Below, piece by piece: positions 40,216 through 49,475 of a DNA stretch of 64,000 nt. The stretch comes from a virus (Duplodnaviria > Caudoviricetes). A program made the position numbers and the translations under genes. Each line of letters starts with the position of its first letter. Within the stretch, counting starts at the first letter, position 1. The notes below the pieces were generated by a model, which worked only from the letters and a program-made list of their open reading frames with translations, was not told the origin of the DNA and ran no database searches. The stretch covers positions 32,001-96,000 of IMG/VR virus record IMGVR_UViG_3300028048_000047; one strand, written 5' to 3'.

Positions 40216-40795
40216 AATATTTTCCTCATTTCAAGGAGAAGGAGTTTATTGTGGAGTTCCTGCAACATTTCTCCGTTTAAGTGGATGTAACTTAAATTGT
40301 GAATTCTGCGACACAGAATTTAATGAATACAAAGAAATAAGTGTGGAATTAGTCAAAGAAATCATACTTCAACATATGAAAAATCATAATACAAAACTAT
40401 TAGTAATAACTGGTGGAGAACCATTATTACAATACGAAGAATTAAAAGAATTGGTGGAATCTTTAAATTGTAATATTCAAATAGAAACAAATGGAAGTAT
40501 ATTAAGAATACCTTTACAAAATGTTTCATATGAAATAAGTCCAAAAAAAGACATGGAAAAAATATTTGAATTCTACAAAGATTACTCCAAAACTTATTTT
40601 AAATTTATAATAGAAGATGGTTTTGACATACATTTAATAAAACAATTACTAAAAAAATATAATTACACTAAAACAGTATGGTTACAACCACAATATACCA
40701 ATGCTATAAAAATAACATCATTAATTTTAAGTAAAAATTTACCATTTGATTACAGAATAAGTGGACAATTACATAAATATTTACATCAAATGTGA
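40202..40795 (+). CDS. queE: 7-carboxy-7-deazaguanine synthase (radical SAM)
   Basis: EIF.S.QGEG, FLRL.GCNL.C.FCDT, ITGGEP, IETNG, QLHK. Confidence 0.92.
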   Translation: MKVNEIFSSFQGEGVYCGVPATFLRLSGCNLNCEFCDTEFNEYKEISVELVKEIILQHMKNHNTKLLVITGGEPLLQYEELKELVESLNCNIQIETNGSILRIPLQNVSYEISPKKDMEKIFEFYKDYSKTYFKFIIEDGFDIHLIKQLLKKYNYTKTVWLQPQYTNAIKITSLILSKNLPFDYRISGQLHKYLHQM

Positions 40796-40833
40796 TATTG
40801 TTTAAAAATAATAATAAACTTTTAGTGATATAA

Positions 40834-41577
40834 ATGAAATTATTTAATGATGATTGTTTGAGTATATTACCAAAATTGGAGAGTAATAGTGTTGATTGTA
40901 TAGTAACTTCTCCACCTTACTGGAAAGGATATGAATATGAAGCATACTTTAATAGTTATGCACAATATTTAGATTGGTGTAAAAAGTGGTTAGAGGAATG
41001 TAAAAGAGTATTATCTCCAAATGGAACATTTTATTTGAATGTAATTAATGATAGTGAAATCACTATCAGAGCATTTGAATTAATGGAAATTGCAACAAGA
41101 GAATTAATGTTTAAATTACATGATACAATTATATGGTACAGATATAACCAACAACCTGCAAATACAACAAGACAATTGACTAATCAATGTGAATATGTGT
41201 TCATGTTTAGACATACATCAGCAAACATAGATTTACATAAAAAAGAAGCATATTCCCATAATCCTGACATATTCAAAACAAAAAATGTAGGTAATGTGTG
41301 GGAGATACCTTTTAATAAAGGGGATAAAATTAGTTTCGGTAAAAAAGAAACTAAATCTAAATGGGGACATAGTGGATTTCCAGTAGCACTCCCTGAAACT
41401 TGTATTTTATTATCTACTGAAAAAGGAGATACAGTACTTGATTGTTTCATGGGTAGTGGTACAACAGGGGTTGCTTGTTATAATACTGGAAGAAAGTTCA
41501 TTGGGATTGAATTAAATAAAGAAATCTTTGAGATTGCACAGAAAAGATGTGATGAGCATCAAACTAAGTTGATGTAA
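40834..41577 (+). CDS. Beta-class N4-cytosine/N6-adenine DNA methyltransferase
   Basis: VTSPPY motif IV before VLDCFMGSGTTG motif I. Confidence 0.9.
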   Translation: MKLFNDDCLSILPKLESNSVDCIVTSPPYWKGYEYEAYFNSYAQYLDWCKKWLEECKRVLSPNGTFYLNVINDSEITIRAFELMEIATRELMFKLHDTIIWYRYNQQPANTTRQLTNQCEYVFMFRHTSANIDLHKKEAYSHNPDIFKTKNVGNVWEIPFNKGDKISFGKKETKSKWGHSGFPVALPETCILLSTEKGDTVLDCFMGSGTTGVACYNTGRKFIGIELNKEIFEIAQKRCDEHQTKLM

Positions 41578-41617
41578 GTGAGTATTGATTTTTATAAAAA
41601 AATTGGAGTTGATTTTA

Positions 41618-42184
41618 ATGGAATTTGAAGATATTAATTTAAGTGATATTGTGCCTTCGGAATATAATCCGCGGAGGATAAGTGATGCAGAATTTAAAAG
41701 TTTGAGTAAAAGTATTGAGGAGTTTGGTCTTGTAGACCCTATTATTATTAATTTAAATAATAATAAAATCATTGGAGGACATCAGAGATATGATGTGCTT
41801 ATGAACGAACATATAAATAATAATGATAAATATAATAATTTAAAGTTAATTCGTTTAGGGGATATTGGATGGGTATTCTCAGAAGATAGTTTAATTGTTA
41901 AAGATGAATCTCATGAGAAGGCTTTGAATATTGCATTGAATAAAATTAGTGGGTCATGGGATAATGAAAAACTACAAGATTTATTTACAGATTTAGAAAT
42001 GAACGATTTTAATACAACTTTAACAGGATTTAATGATACTGAAATAACTAATTTATCATTTGAACAGAATCTTGATTTTGATATGGATTTTGATTTATCT
42101 GATGATGATATGGCAGATGATTCCCAAGAGTCTGCTCCAAAGTATGTTACATGCCCTTATTGTAATGAAGAATTTACTATTTAA
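41618..42184 (+). CDS. ParB/Srx N-terminal-domain protein with C-terminal CPxC ribbon (copy 1)
   Basis: P..YNPR, SI.EFG.VDPIIIN, IIGGHQR, LNIALNKI.G.WD. Confidence 0.85.
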   Translation: MEFEDINLSDIVPSEYNPRRISDAEFKSLSKSIEEFGLVDPIIINLNNNKIIGGHQRYDVLMNEHINNNDKYNNLKLIRLGDIGWVFSEDSLIVKDESHEKALNIALNKISGSWDNEKLQDLFTDLEMNDFNTTLTGFNDTEITNLSFEQNLDFDMDFDLSDDDMADDSQESAPKYVTCPYCNEEFTI

Positions 42185-42208
42185 TTTTTGTTAAATATTA
42201 GGATATTT

Positions 42209-42823
42209 ATGATTTTAATTGTTAATGATGATGGGTATGATTCAGATAATTTAAAATTATTATATGAATATTGTAAAACAATTGATAAGGATGTTGTGTT
42301 TGTTGTTCCACTTAAAGACCATAGTGGCGTAGGAAACAAATCTTCATTAAATAAACAGTTTCATATTGAAGAAGTGGACGGAGGATTTATTATGGACGGG
42401 ACACCTGTTGATTGTGTAAGATGGGGGTTGAGTAAATTTACTCCCAATTTAATCATTACAGGTGTGAATATAGGTTTTAATGTAGGAAGCCATACTCTAT
42501 TAAATAGTGGTACTTTTATGAGTGCAATGGAAGGTTATTTACATAATATTAAATCATTAGCTTGTTCATTTGACAAATTTAAAAAATTGGATTATAAATT
42601 GTTACATCTTGTTTTAAATGAAGTATTAAAATTAGACTTTGAATTGGCTAATTTAAATATTGTTTCTCCATTTATAATAATTACTGATTTATGTGAAAAT
42701 ATGTATGATTATGTTATTGAAAATAATACTATCAAGACATATAATAAAACAAAATTTATAAAAAATACTGATGGAGATATAGTATTCAACAAAAAAAACT
42801 CTTCTTTAACTATTTTTAAATAA
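42209..42823 (+). CDS. surE: 5'/3'-nucleotidase SurE
   Basis: IVNDDG, P...SG.G, DGTPVDCV, GVN.G.N.G, SGT..A. Confidence 0.88.
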   Translation: MILIVNDDGYDSDNLKLLYEYCKTIDKDVVFVVPLKDHSGVGNKSSLNKQFHIEEVDGGFIMDGTPVDCVRWGLSKFTPNLIITGVNIGFNVGSHTLLNSGTFMSAMEGYLHNIKSLACSFDKFKKLDYKLLHLVLNEVLKLDFELANLNIVSPFIIITDLCENMYDYVIENNTIKTYNKTKFIKNTDGDIVFNKKNSSLTIFK

Positions 42824-42847
42824 TTTTCTTTTGGAGGTGATGCATAT

Positions 42848-43582
42848 TTGCAAGTATACTGTGCAGAGTCAGGTGATTTAAAGGAACATATTTTTCCACA
42901 AAAACCAAATTTACCTAAATTCAATATTTTATTTAGTTTTTATTATATTCAAACAATTGAACCATATTTACCATACGCTAAAAGCATTATTGTAGATAGT
43001 GGAGGGTATACATTTCAATCAAATTCAAATGCTAAATTAACTCCTGATAATTATTTCAAACAATATAAAAAATTCACGAATAATATCCATGAGTTATCAT
43101 GTGTTGATGGTATATTTGAATTGGATATTGATAATTTAGTTGGTTATGATAAAGTAAAAGAGTATCGTGAAGAATTATTTGAAATTACAGATAAAATTAT
43201 TCCTGTTTGGCATAAATCATTAGGAGTAAAAGAATATAAAAATATGGTTGATGAGTATGATTTCATAGCAATTCCATGTGTTGGTGATGCTAATCTTAAA
43301 AGAAGTGCTTATGGGAAATTTGTTAAATATGCTCATAATCATAACTGTAAAGTTCATGGGTTAGGTATGTTAAGACCAAGTATTTTAAAGAATGTTCCAT
43401 TTGATACTGTTGATGGAACTGGATGGTTTAAAGCAAATAGATTTGGAAAATTATATGGGAAAAAAGTTGATAGTGAATATTTACGAAAGAATAGACCAAA
43501 AATGATATATATTGAATTAATTAATCATATTAAATTCCAACAGAAAATGTACGAAAAATGGGAAAAATATCATAAAGATTGA
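42848..43582 (+). CDS. tRNA-guanine transglycosylase-fold protein (DpdA-like candidate DNA base-exchange enzyme)
   Basis: IVDSGGYTF, ELD, IPVWH, KVHGLG, FDTVD.T.W; GGAGGTG RBS with TTG start. Confidence 0.75.
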   Translation: MQVYCAESGDLKEHIFPQKPNLPKFNILFSFYYIQTIEPYLPYAKSIIVDSGGYTFQSNSNAKLTPDNYFKQYKKFTNNIHELSCVDGIFELDIDNLVGYDKVKEYREELFEITDKIIPVWHKSLGVKEYKNMVDEYDFIAIPCVGDANLKRSAYGKFVKYAHNHNCKVHGLGMLRPSILKNVPFDTVDGTGWFKANRFGKLYGKKVDSEYLRKNRPKMIYIELINHIKFQQKMYEKWEKYHKD

Positions 43583-43585
43583 GGT

Positions 43586-44305
43586 GTGAATATGAAGAAA
43601 ATATTATTGTATAGTGGAGGAGTCGATAGTTGGTTAATAAATCAAATATGGAAACCAGATATAAAATTATATGTGGATTTAGGGACTACTTATGGTAAAG
43701 AAGAAATTAAATTATTTAAAAAATATGGGGAAGATGTTAAAATAATTTCTTTTGATTTATCTGAATGGGAGTTACCAAATAAAATTATTCCTTTAAGAAA
43801 TTTATATTTAATTATGTTTGCTTGTAATTATACATACGATGAAGATGCTGAAATTTGTCTTGGTGCAACTGTTGGGGATAGAAATTATGATAAAAATTTA
43901 CCGTTTTTAAAAAAGGTTGAATATTTATTAAATTATATGTATTCTCCTGAGGATACAGCTATTTTCAATAAAAAAATTAAAATTAATACTGATTTTAAAA
44001 GTAAATCTAAAACCGATTTGTTAAAATTGTATTTGGGAAACGGTGGAGATATTAATACTGCTTATAATGAAACTTATGGGGAATTTAAAGAAGAAATGAC
44101 TAATTGGGAATGTAAAAAATTTTATAGGAAGTATGTTTGTTTTAAATTAAATGGTTATGAATTTGATGAAAAAGTAGATAAAAAAATGTATGAATATTTT
44201 AAAGACAATGAATTAGAAGAAACATTGAGTTTAAATAATGAAAGAGGACATGAAAAACAAGAATTATTAAAAGTTTATGAACAATTAAATTCAAAATATA
44301 ATTAA
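43586..44305 (+). CDS. queC: QueC-like PP-loop ATPase (7-cyano-7-deazaguanine synthase family)
   Basis: LLYSGGVDS, IPLRN, G...D..YDK, K.KT.L; Zn ligands degenerate. Confidence 0.7.
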   Translation: MNMKKILLYSGGVDSWLINQIWKPDIKLYVDLGTTYGKEEIKLFKKYGEDVKIISFDLSEWELPNKIIPLRNLYLIMFACNYTYDEDAEICLGATVGDRNYDKNLPFLKKVEYLLNYMYSPEDTAIFNKKIKINTDFKSKSKTDLLKLYLGNGGDINTAYNETYGEFKEEMTNWECKKFYRKYVCFKLNGYEFDEKVDKKMYEYFKDNELEETLSLNNERGHEKQELLKVYEQLNSKYN

Positions 44306-44314
44306 TTTTTTTTA

Positions 44315-44920
44315 GTGATAAATATATGGGACGAGGGGAATGTTTTGAAACTTGAAAGGATTAAAATAGGAGATATTGTACCTGCAAAATATAATCCAAG
44401 AAAGATTAGTGATGTTGAATATGAAAATTTGAATAGTAGTATTAATGAGTTTGGTTTTGTAGACCCTATTATCATTAACCTTAAAAATAATCATATTATT
44501 GGAGGACATCAAAGATATAAAGTTTTAATTGATAAATTTGATATTGATGATGAATTAATTTGTGTACCTCTTGGTGATATTGGATGGGTATTTCCTGATT
44601 CAGAATTGGTTATTAAAGATGAATCTCATGAGAAGGCTTTGAATATTGCATTGAATAAAATTAGTGGGTCATGGGATAATGAAAAACTACAAGATTTAAT
44701 TGTTGATTTAGAAGTGGACGATGTTGATTTAGATTTAACTGGTTTTGAAGAATATGAAATTGATAAATTAAAATATGATTGTGATGTTGAATTTGATGAA
44801 AATAATTTAAATAATAATACTAATGAAGTGAATGAAGAGTTAGATACAAAGGATAATAATGATAATTTAATAAAATGTCCTTTTTGTGAGCAACATTTTA
44901 AAGAAGAAGATGTAATTTAG
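44315..44920 (+). CDS. ParB/Srx N-terminal-domain protein (copy 2)
   Basis: Same motifs as 41618-42184; CPFC tail. Confidence 0.85.
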   Translation: MINIWDEGNVLKLERIKIGDIVPAKYNPRKISDVEYENLNSSINEFGFVDPIIINLKNNHIIGGHQRYKVLIDKFDIDDELICVPLGDIGWVFPDSELVIKDESHEKALNIALNKISGSWDNEKLQDLIVDLEVDDVDLDLTGFEEYEIDKLKYDCDVEFDENNLNNNTNEVNEELDTKDNNDNLIKCPFCEQHFKEEDVI

Positions 44921-44939
44921 GTATAATGTGGTGTTTTGT

Positions 44940-45473
44940 ATGAAGTATAATATTAAAGGTTCAAGAACTGAGGAGAATTTGAAGACTGCTTTACAAGGTG
45001 AGGCTTTGGCTCATTTGAAGTATCAGTTTTATAGGAGTAAAATTAGTAATTTTAGTAAGGAGTTTGAGGAAATTTTTGATGAAATTATTCATAATGAGAA
45101 AGAGCATGGAAAGATTTGGTTTAAATTGTTGAATGGTGGGGATGTTCCTACTGATAGTGTTAATTTGGCTGATGCTATTGAAGGGGAATCTTATGAATTT
45201 TCTGAGTTGTATCCTGAATTTGGAAGGATTGCAAGGGAAGAAGGATTTGATGAGATTGCTGAATTGTTTGAGGAAGTTGCTGTTATTGAAGGTAGACATT
45301 CAAAGGTTTTTGATGATTTGAAAAGTGGTATTGAAGGGGATTCGATTTTTGTTGATGATAATTTGAATACTAAATGGAAATGTTTGAATTGTGGTCATGT
45401 TGTTGAGGGTGGTTTTGCTCCTGATGTTTGTCCTGTTTGTAATCATCCTTTGAAGTATTTTGTTAAATTATAG
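44940..45473 (+). CDS. rbr: Rubrerythrin
   Basis: TEENL..A..GE, NEKEH, EEG..EIA, E.RH, WKC.NCG...AP.VCPVC.HP. Confidence 0.92.
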   Translation: MKYNIKGSRTEENLKTALQGEALAHLKYQFYRSKISNFSKEFEEIFDEIIHNEKEHGKIWFKLLNGGDVPTDSVNLADAIEGESYEFSELYPEFGRIAREEGFDEIAELFEEVAVIEGRHSKVFDDLKSGIEGDSIFVDDNLNTKWKCLNCGHVVEGGFAPDVCPVCNHPLKYFVKL

Positions 45474-45535
45474 TAAGTTATATATTATAGTTTGAGTGGA
45501 TATGTAATTGTAGTAAAACTTTAACATGATACCAT

Positions 45536-45573
45536 GTTCTCATACTATTTTTTTATGTATGAGAACTTTTTTT
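45536..45573 (+). terminator. Perfect 10-bp hairpin plus T-run
   Basis: GTTCTCATAC/GTATGAGAAC. Confidence 0.6.
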
Positions 45574-45591
45574 ATTGAACTTATATGAAAA

Positions 45592-45619
45592 GTAATATTT
45601 ATATATGATTATAGATATA
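45592..45619 (+). promoter_or_regulatory. BRE/TATA promoter; shares 23 bp with 52510-52532
   Basis: ATTTATATATGATTATAGATATA. Confidence 0.7.
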
Positions 45620-45665
45620 TATTATAATATTAAAATATAATAAAAAAATAGGAAGTGAAAAAACA

Positions 45666-46655
45666 ATGGAAAATTTGAATATAGAAAAAAAAATAAATAA
45701 AAACATTTGTAAATTCTGCCAATATTATGAAGAAGATTATTTACCAACAGAAGGATATGAAATACATTTAGAATATTGCCATAACAAAAACAATAAGTAC
45801 AGTTTTTCAAAAAATCAAATATTGTCCAATGAAATACATGAATGCAATGGGTTTAAAGAGAAAATAAAGTACTACTTAAAAAAAATAGAACAAAAATATG
45901 ATATAACAATAATATATGCAATTGAAAATGGGAGTAGAGTTTGGGGATTTGCAAATGAAGACTCAGACTTTGATATTAGGTTTATATATTACCATAATAA
46001 CATTCAAAAATATTTCACAATAAATAATAAATATGAAGATGTTATGATGTTCTATGATGAAATTTATGATATTGTAGGATGGGATATTAAAAAAGCATTG
46101 TATTTACATTATAAAAACAATCCAACAATATATGAATGGTTAAACACAAGTAAAGTATATATTAATAAATTTGATTATGAAAAATTACCTGAAATAAATA
46201 AAAAAACATTACTTCATCATTACTATAATATGGGTAAAAAAACTTGGAAAAAGTATTGTGAAAATTGGCGTGATGAAAAAGATTTGAAAAAATTATCTAA
46301 AAAATTCCTTTATACTATTCGATGTATTTTAACATGGAATATTATTTTCCATGATTTAACACCTTCACAAAATATAAACCAATTAATTGGTAGAAACATT
46401 TGTATTGGGGAATTACATGATAAAACAGCAGAACAGATAGATAGCTTGTTACAGTATTATCGATTCAATGAACCACAGTTAGATTCTTCGATAAAAAGAG
46501 AGTATAGTACAATATATACTCATCTTGAAGAGTGGATTAAAATTAATTTATTAATCATGATGGAATCAACTGATAAATTCACATCAGTTAATAAAAAAGA
46601 TTATTCTTTATATAATGAAATATTATATGATATAATTAAAGGAGAGGATGTTTAA
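45666..46655 (+). CDS. Pol-beta-superfamily nucleotidyltransferase (YcgL/RlaP-like) with N-terminal 4-Cys domain
   Basis: AIENGSRVWGF...DSDFDIRFIY, D..GWDI.KAL, NP...EWL. Confidence 0.8.
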   Translation: MENLNIEKKINKNICKFCQYYEEDYLPTEGYEIHLEYCHNKNNKYSFSKNQILSNEIHECNGFKEKIKYYLKKIEQKYDITIIYAIENGSRVWGFANEDSDFDIRFIYYHNNIQKYFTINNKYEDVMMFYDEIYDIVGWDIKKALYLHYKNNPTIYEWLNTSKVYINKFDYEKLPEINKKTLLHHYYNMGKKTWKKYCENWRDEKDLKKLSKKFLYTIRCILTWNIIFHDLTPSQNINQLIGRNICIGELHDKTAEQIDSLLQYYRFNEPQLDSSIKREYSTIYTHLEEWIKINLLIMMESTDKFTSVNKKDYSLYNEILYDIIKGEDV

Positions 46656-46657
46656 TT

Positions 46658-47056
46658 ATGTCAAGGTATGGGGTTAAACAACAGAAAAATACAAAAGGAG
46701 GTAAATATTATTGGAAATTACAGAAATGGGTTAGTAAATTGTTTATACTATATGATAAATGTGTTATTTGTAATAGTAAAAAGAATCTTGAACCTCATCA
46801 TATTGTACCAGTTAAACCTTATGATGAATTGTATTCTGATGTAAATAATGGTATTGTGTTATGTAAATCATGTCATCATAACTATCATGAACAATATAAA
46901 GATAATATTAATACTTATACTTTATTAAAATTCACCAAAGAGAATATCCAATTAAATAAAAAATTAGAACAATCAAATGAACTCTTAAATTATTATCAAA
47001 ATGAAACATTTCGTTTAAGAAATGAATTAAAAAAAATAACTGAAAAAAAGAAGTGA
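46658..47056 (+). CDS. HNH endonuclease
   Basis: CVIC...LE.HHI...NNGIVLC..CH..YH. Confidence 0.85.
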   Translation: MSRYGVKQQKNTKGGKYYWKLQKWVSKLFILYDKCVICNSKKNLEPHHIVPVKPYDELYSDVNNGIVLCKSCHHNYHEQYKDNINTYTLLKFTKENIQLNKKLEQSNELLNYYQNETFRLRNELKKITEKKK

Positions 47057-47090
47057 TAATAAAAAAATAAATAAAAATGATGGGAATTAT

Positions 47091-47866
47091 ATGATTAAAA
47101 CAAGTGTTAAACGAAGGATTAGTATATGTTATATTCTTGAAGAAGATTCTCCTTTTGAATCATCACCTATTAAGATTTGTAGGAGTAAAAGATTAGCAGA
47201 ACATTATAAAAAAATATTATCTCCAAAATGGAAAGATACTTTTGGTTTTGATTTATTTATTCGTGAGGAAAAATTTTATGAAGACGATGATTTTGAAACA
47301 GAAATTTTTACTTACATTGAAAATTTGTTGTGATTAAAAATGAAGATTGAAAATATAAGAGAAATAGTAGATACTATTATTAAGGACAATGAAAATATTG
47401 AATTAATAATTCCGTTATCTGATATTGTATGGACTATTGTTGTATTTTATTATAGATTATATATGTTAGATGAAGAGATACAATCAAATCCACAATCTGA
47501 TAAAATGTGGAGTTTGAAGATGAACAAGGAATGTATGGCATCACGGTCAGATGAATTAGCACGGATTATTAATCAATATTCTGATTTTGATACTCAACAT
47601 ATATGGGAAACATTAAAGAGTTATCAAAAAGAAATTTAAATATGTATTGTTGTAGGTGGTAATAAATGATAGGTAATCGATTTAAAATTGAAATTTGTCA
47701 TAATGATGATTATGATGAGATTAAAGTTAATGATTTAATGAGTAAGAAACATATAACTATTATAAGTGATAAAGATAAGTTTATAACTAATTTGGAGAAT
47801 ATGAAACTTCTTGTTAATTTATTGAATTTGTTATGGGGTATTTGTTATGATGATGTGGAGGAATAA
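47091..47866 (+). CDS. Three small hypothetical proteins (47091-47333, 47340-47639, 47666-47866)
   Basis: Packed ORFs. Confidence 0.5.
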
Positions 47867-48192
47867 TGATGAGTAAAAATATTTGTGTTGATTTTGATGG
47901 TGTATTAAACAATTATGAAGGTTGGAATGGTGTGGAAGAATTATATTCTCCTTCTAATGGTGCAAAAGAATTCCTTGAAGAGTTATATGATAAATATTAT
48001 GTTATAATATTTACTGCAAGAGATGTTGATTTAGTTGAGGAATGGTTGGTAAAATATGATATGCCATTTAACGAAGTAACTAATATTAAAAGAGGAGCAT
48101 TTGCATATATTGATGATAGGGCAATTTGTTTTAAAGGGGATTATAATGATATTTTGAATACATTATCTGTTTTTAAAGCACATTGGGAGTGA
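47866..48192 (+). CDS. HAD-superfamily phosphatase (PNK-phosphatase/nucleotidase-like)
   Basis: CVDFDGV, FTAR, K, YIDDR. Confidence 0.8.
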   Translation: MMSKNICVDFDGVLNNYEGWNGVEELYSPSNGAKEFLEELYDKYYVIIFTARDVDLVEEWLVKYDMPFNEVTNIKRGAFAYIDDRAICFKGDYNDILNTLSVFKAHWE

Positions 48193-48989
48193 GTTTTATG
48201 GATATTTATTGTGGTATTAATGGGTTGTATCCTGAGGAAAGAGATTATATTTTAAGAAAATTAAGATTATTGAATCATTGTGTTGATAATATTTTATATG
48301 TTGATTATAGTGTGTTAAAGAGTAGTCATAATCATATTACAGTTAAAGGTAAATTTAAAGATGATGAAAAATTTTTGTTGGTGGTTAGAGGATTAATGAG
48401 TATTGAAGTTCCTGATATTCCCACAGAATATGATGATTATATTCCATTAAATCAAAGGGAAACTCCAAGTATTTCATTGACTATGAAAAAAGATTTTGAT
48501 AAATTTAATAAGGATAAAGGAATGACATATGTAGAATCAATGTGGAGTGGTAAAGGAAGTTTAAAATAATGTTGGATATTCAGATAAGTTTTTTGATAGG
48601 GTTGTTTGCAGGTTTATTATTGTGTTTGATTGTTATGATAATGGACTGTTTTTAGAGGTAATTGATTTTTTGGTTTAGGTGTTTGGTGTATGTTTGAGTG
48701 GTTGAAAAGTGATGATGAGAATTCAAATGATGATTTAATGGAAATTTATGGTGTTGAAATTAAAAAGATAAAAGATGAGATAGATACTGTTAATAAGAAA
48801 ATTAAATTTTATGAAGGCAAAAGGAGGGTGTTGGAAAATTGGTTAAACAATGTTATGGTAAGTGTTAAAATGGAGGAGGAAGATGAGAAGTGTGTTAATT
48901 GTAAATATTATAGGAGTGGGAACTGTTTGAAGTATGAATCTTCTGTTAATAAAGATGCAACTTGTGTTGATTTTATGTGGAATGTTTGA
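48183..48989 (+). CDS. Hypothetical genes 48183-48569, 48569-48655 (28-aa hydrophobic peptide), 48690-48989
   Basis: Packed ORFs; TAATG coupling. Confidence 0.5.
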
Positions 48990-49012
48990 CTGTTTTTTAT
49001 ATGTAATATATA

Positions 49013-49165
49013 GTAAACTTTATATATTATTATAGTTATATTATATTTTATAAAATTATATTTTTTTTAGATAGAGGAAATTATTGTTTATAACATATTC
49101 TCTTTCTTCTAAAAATATTTGTTTTTTATATAAACAAAATATTATTAAGTAATATTTATATATAA
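49013..49165 (+). promoter_or_regulatory. Two TATA boxes (49013-49035, 49149-49165) enclosing a hairpin (49058-49118)
   Basis: GTAAACTTTATATA; GTAATATTTATATA. Confidence 0.55.
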
Positions 49166-49211
49166 TAAAAAACTAAAATATAAAACATATTAAGAAAAGG
49201 ATGAAATTAAA

Positions 49212-49451
49212 ATGATGGATAAACTAAAAATAATATACATGATATTATTATCATTATTTACATCGAGATGTAATGATGATAAAAAAAGATTATACAAGAA
49301 AAAAGAACCAAAAAAAATGAACATTAAAATTAATAATACTCAAATTTTAGTAATACTTGTTGTTATATTATTGTTTATATTATCAACATATTTAATATAC
49401 AGAACAGGTAGTTTGGAATCAACAGGTTATTATTATAGACTTAATGGTTAA
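49212..49451 (+). CDS. Small membrane protein
   Basis: ILVILVVILLFILSTYLI TM segment. Confidence 0.55.
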   Translation: MMDKLKIIYMILLSLFTSRCNDDKKRLYKKKEPKKMNIKINNTQILVILVVILLFILSTYLIYRTGSLESTGYYYRLNG

Positions 49452-49475
49452 TAAAACATAGATAAGAGGTATAAT

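Larger units (their letters stand above)
41898..44698 (+). repeat. 86-bp perfect direct repeat (41898-41983 and 44613-44698) inside the two ParB genes
   Basis: TTAAAGATGAATCTCATGAG...AAACTACAAGATTTA identical in both copies. Confidence 0.9.

Noticed and set aside
41618-44920. ParB genes as a plasmid/provirus partition system
   Set aside because: Only the N-terminal ParB/Srx domain is present, with no HTH, no ParA and no parS array; the context is DNA modification.
46658-47056. HNH gene as an intron-encoded homing endonuclease
   Set aside because: Flanking genes appear intact and no intron-like structure is evident.
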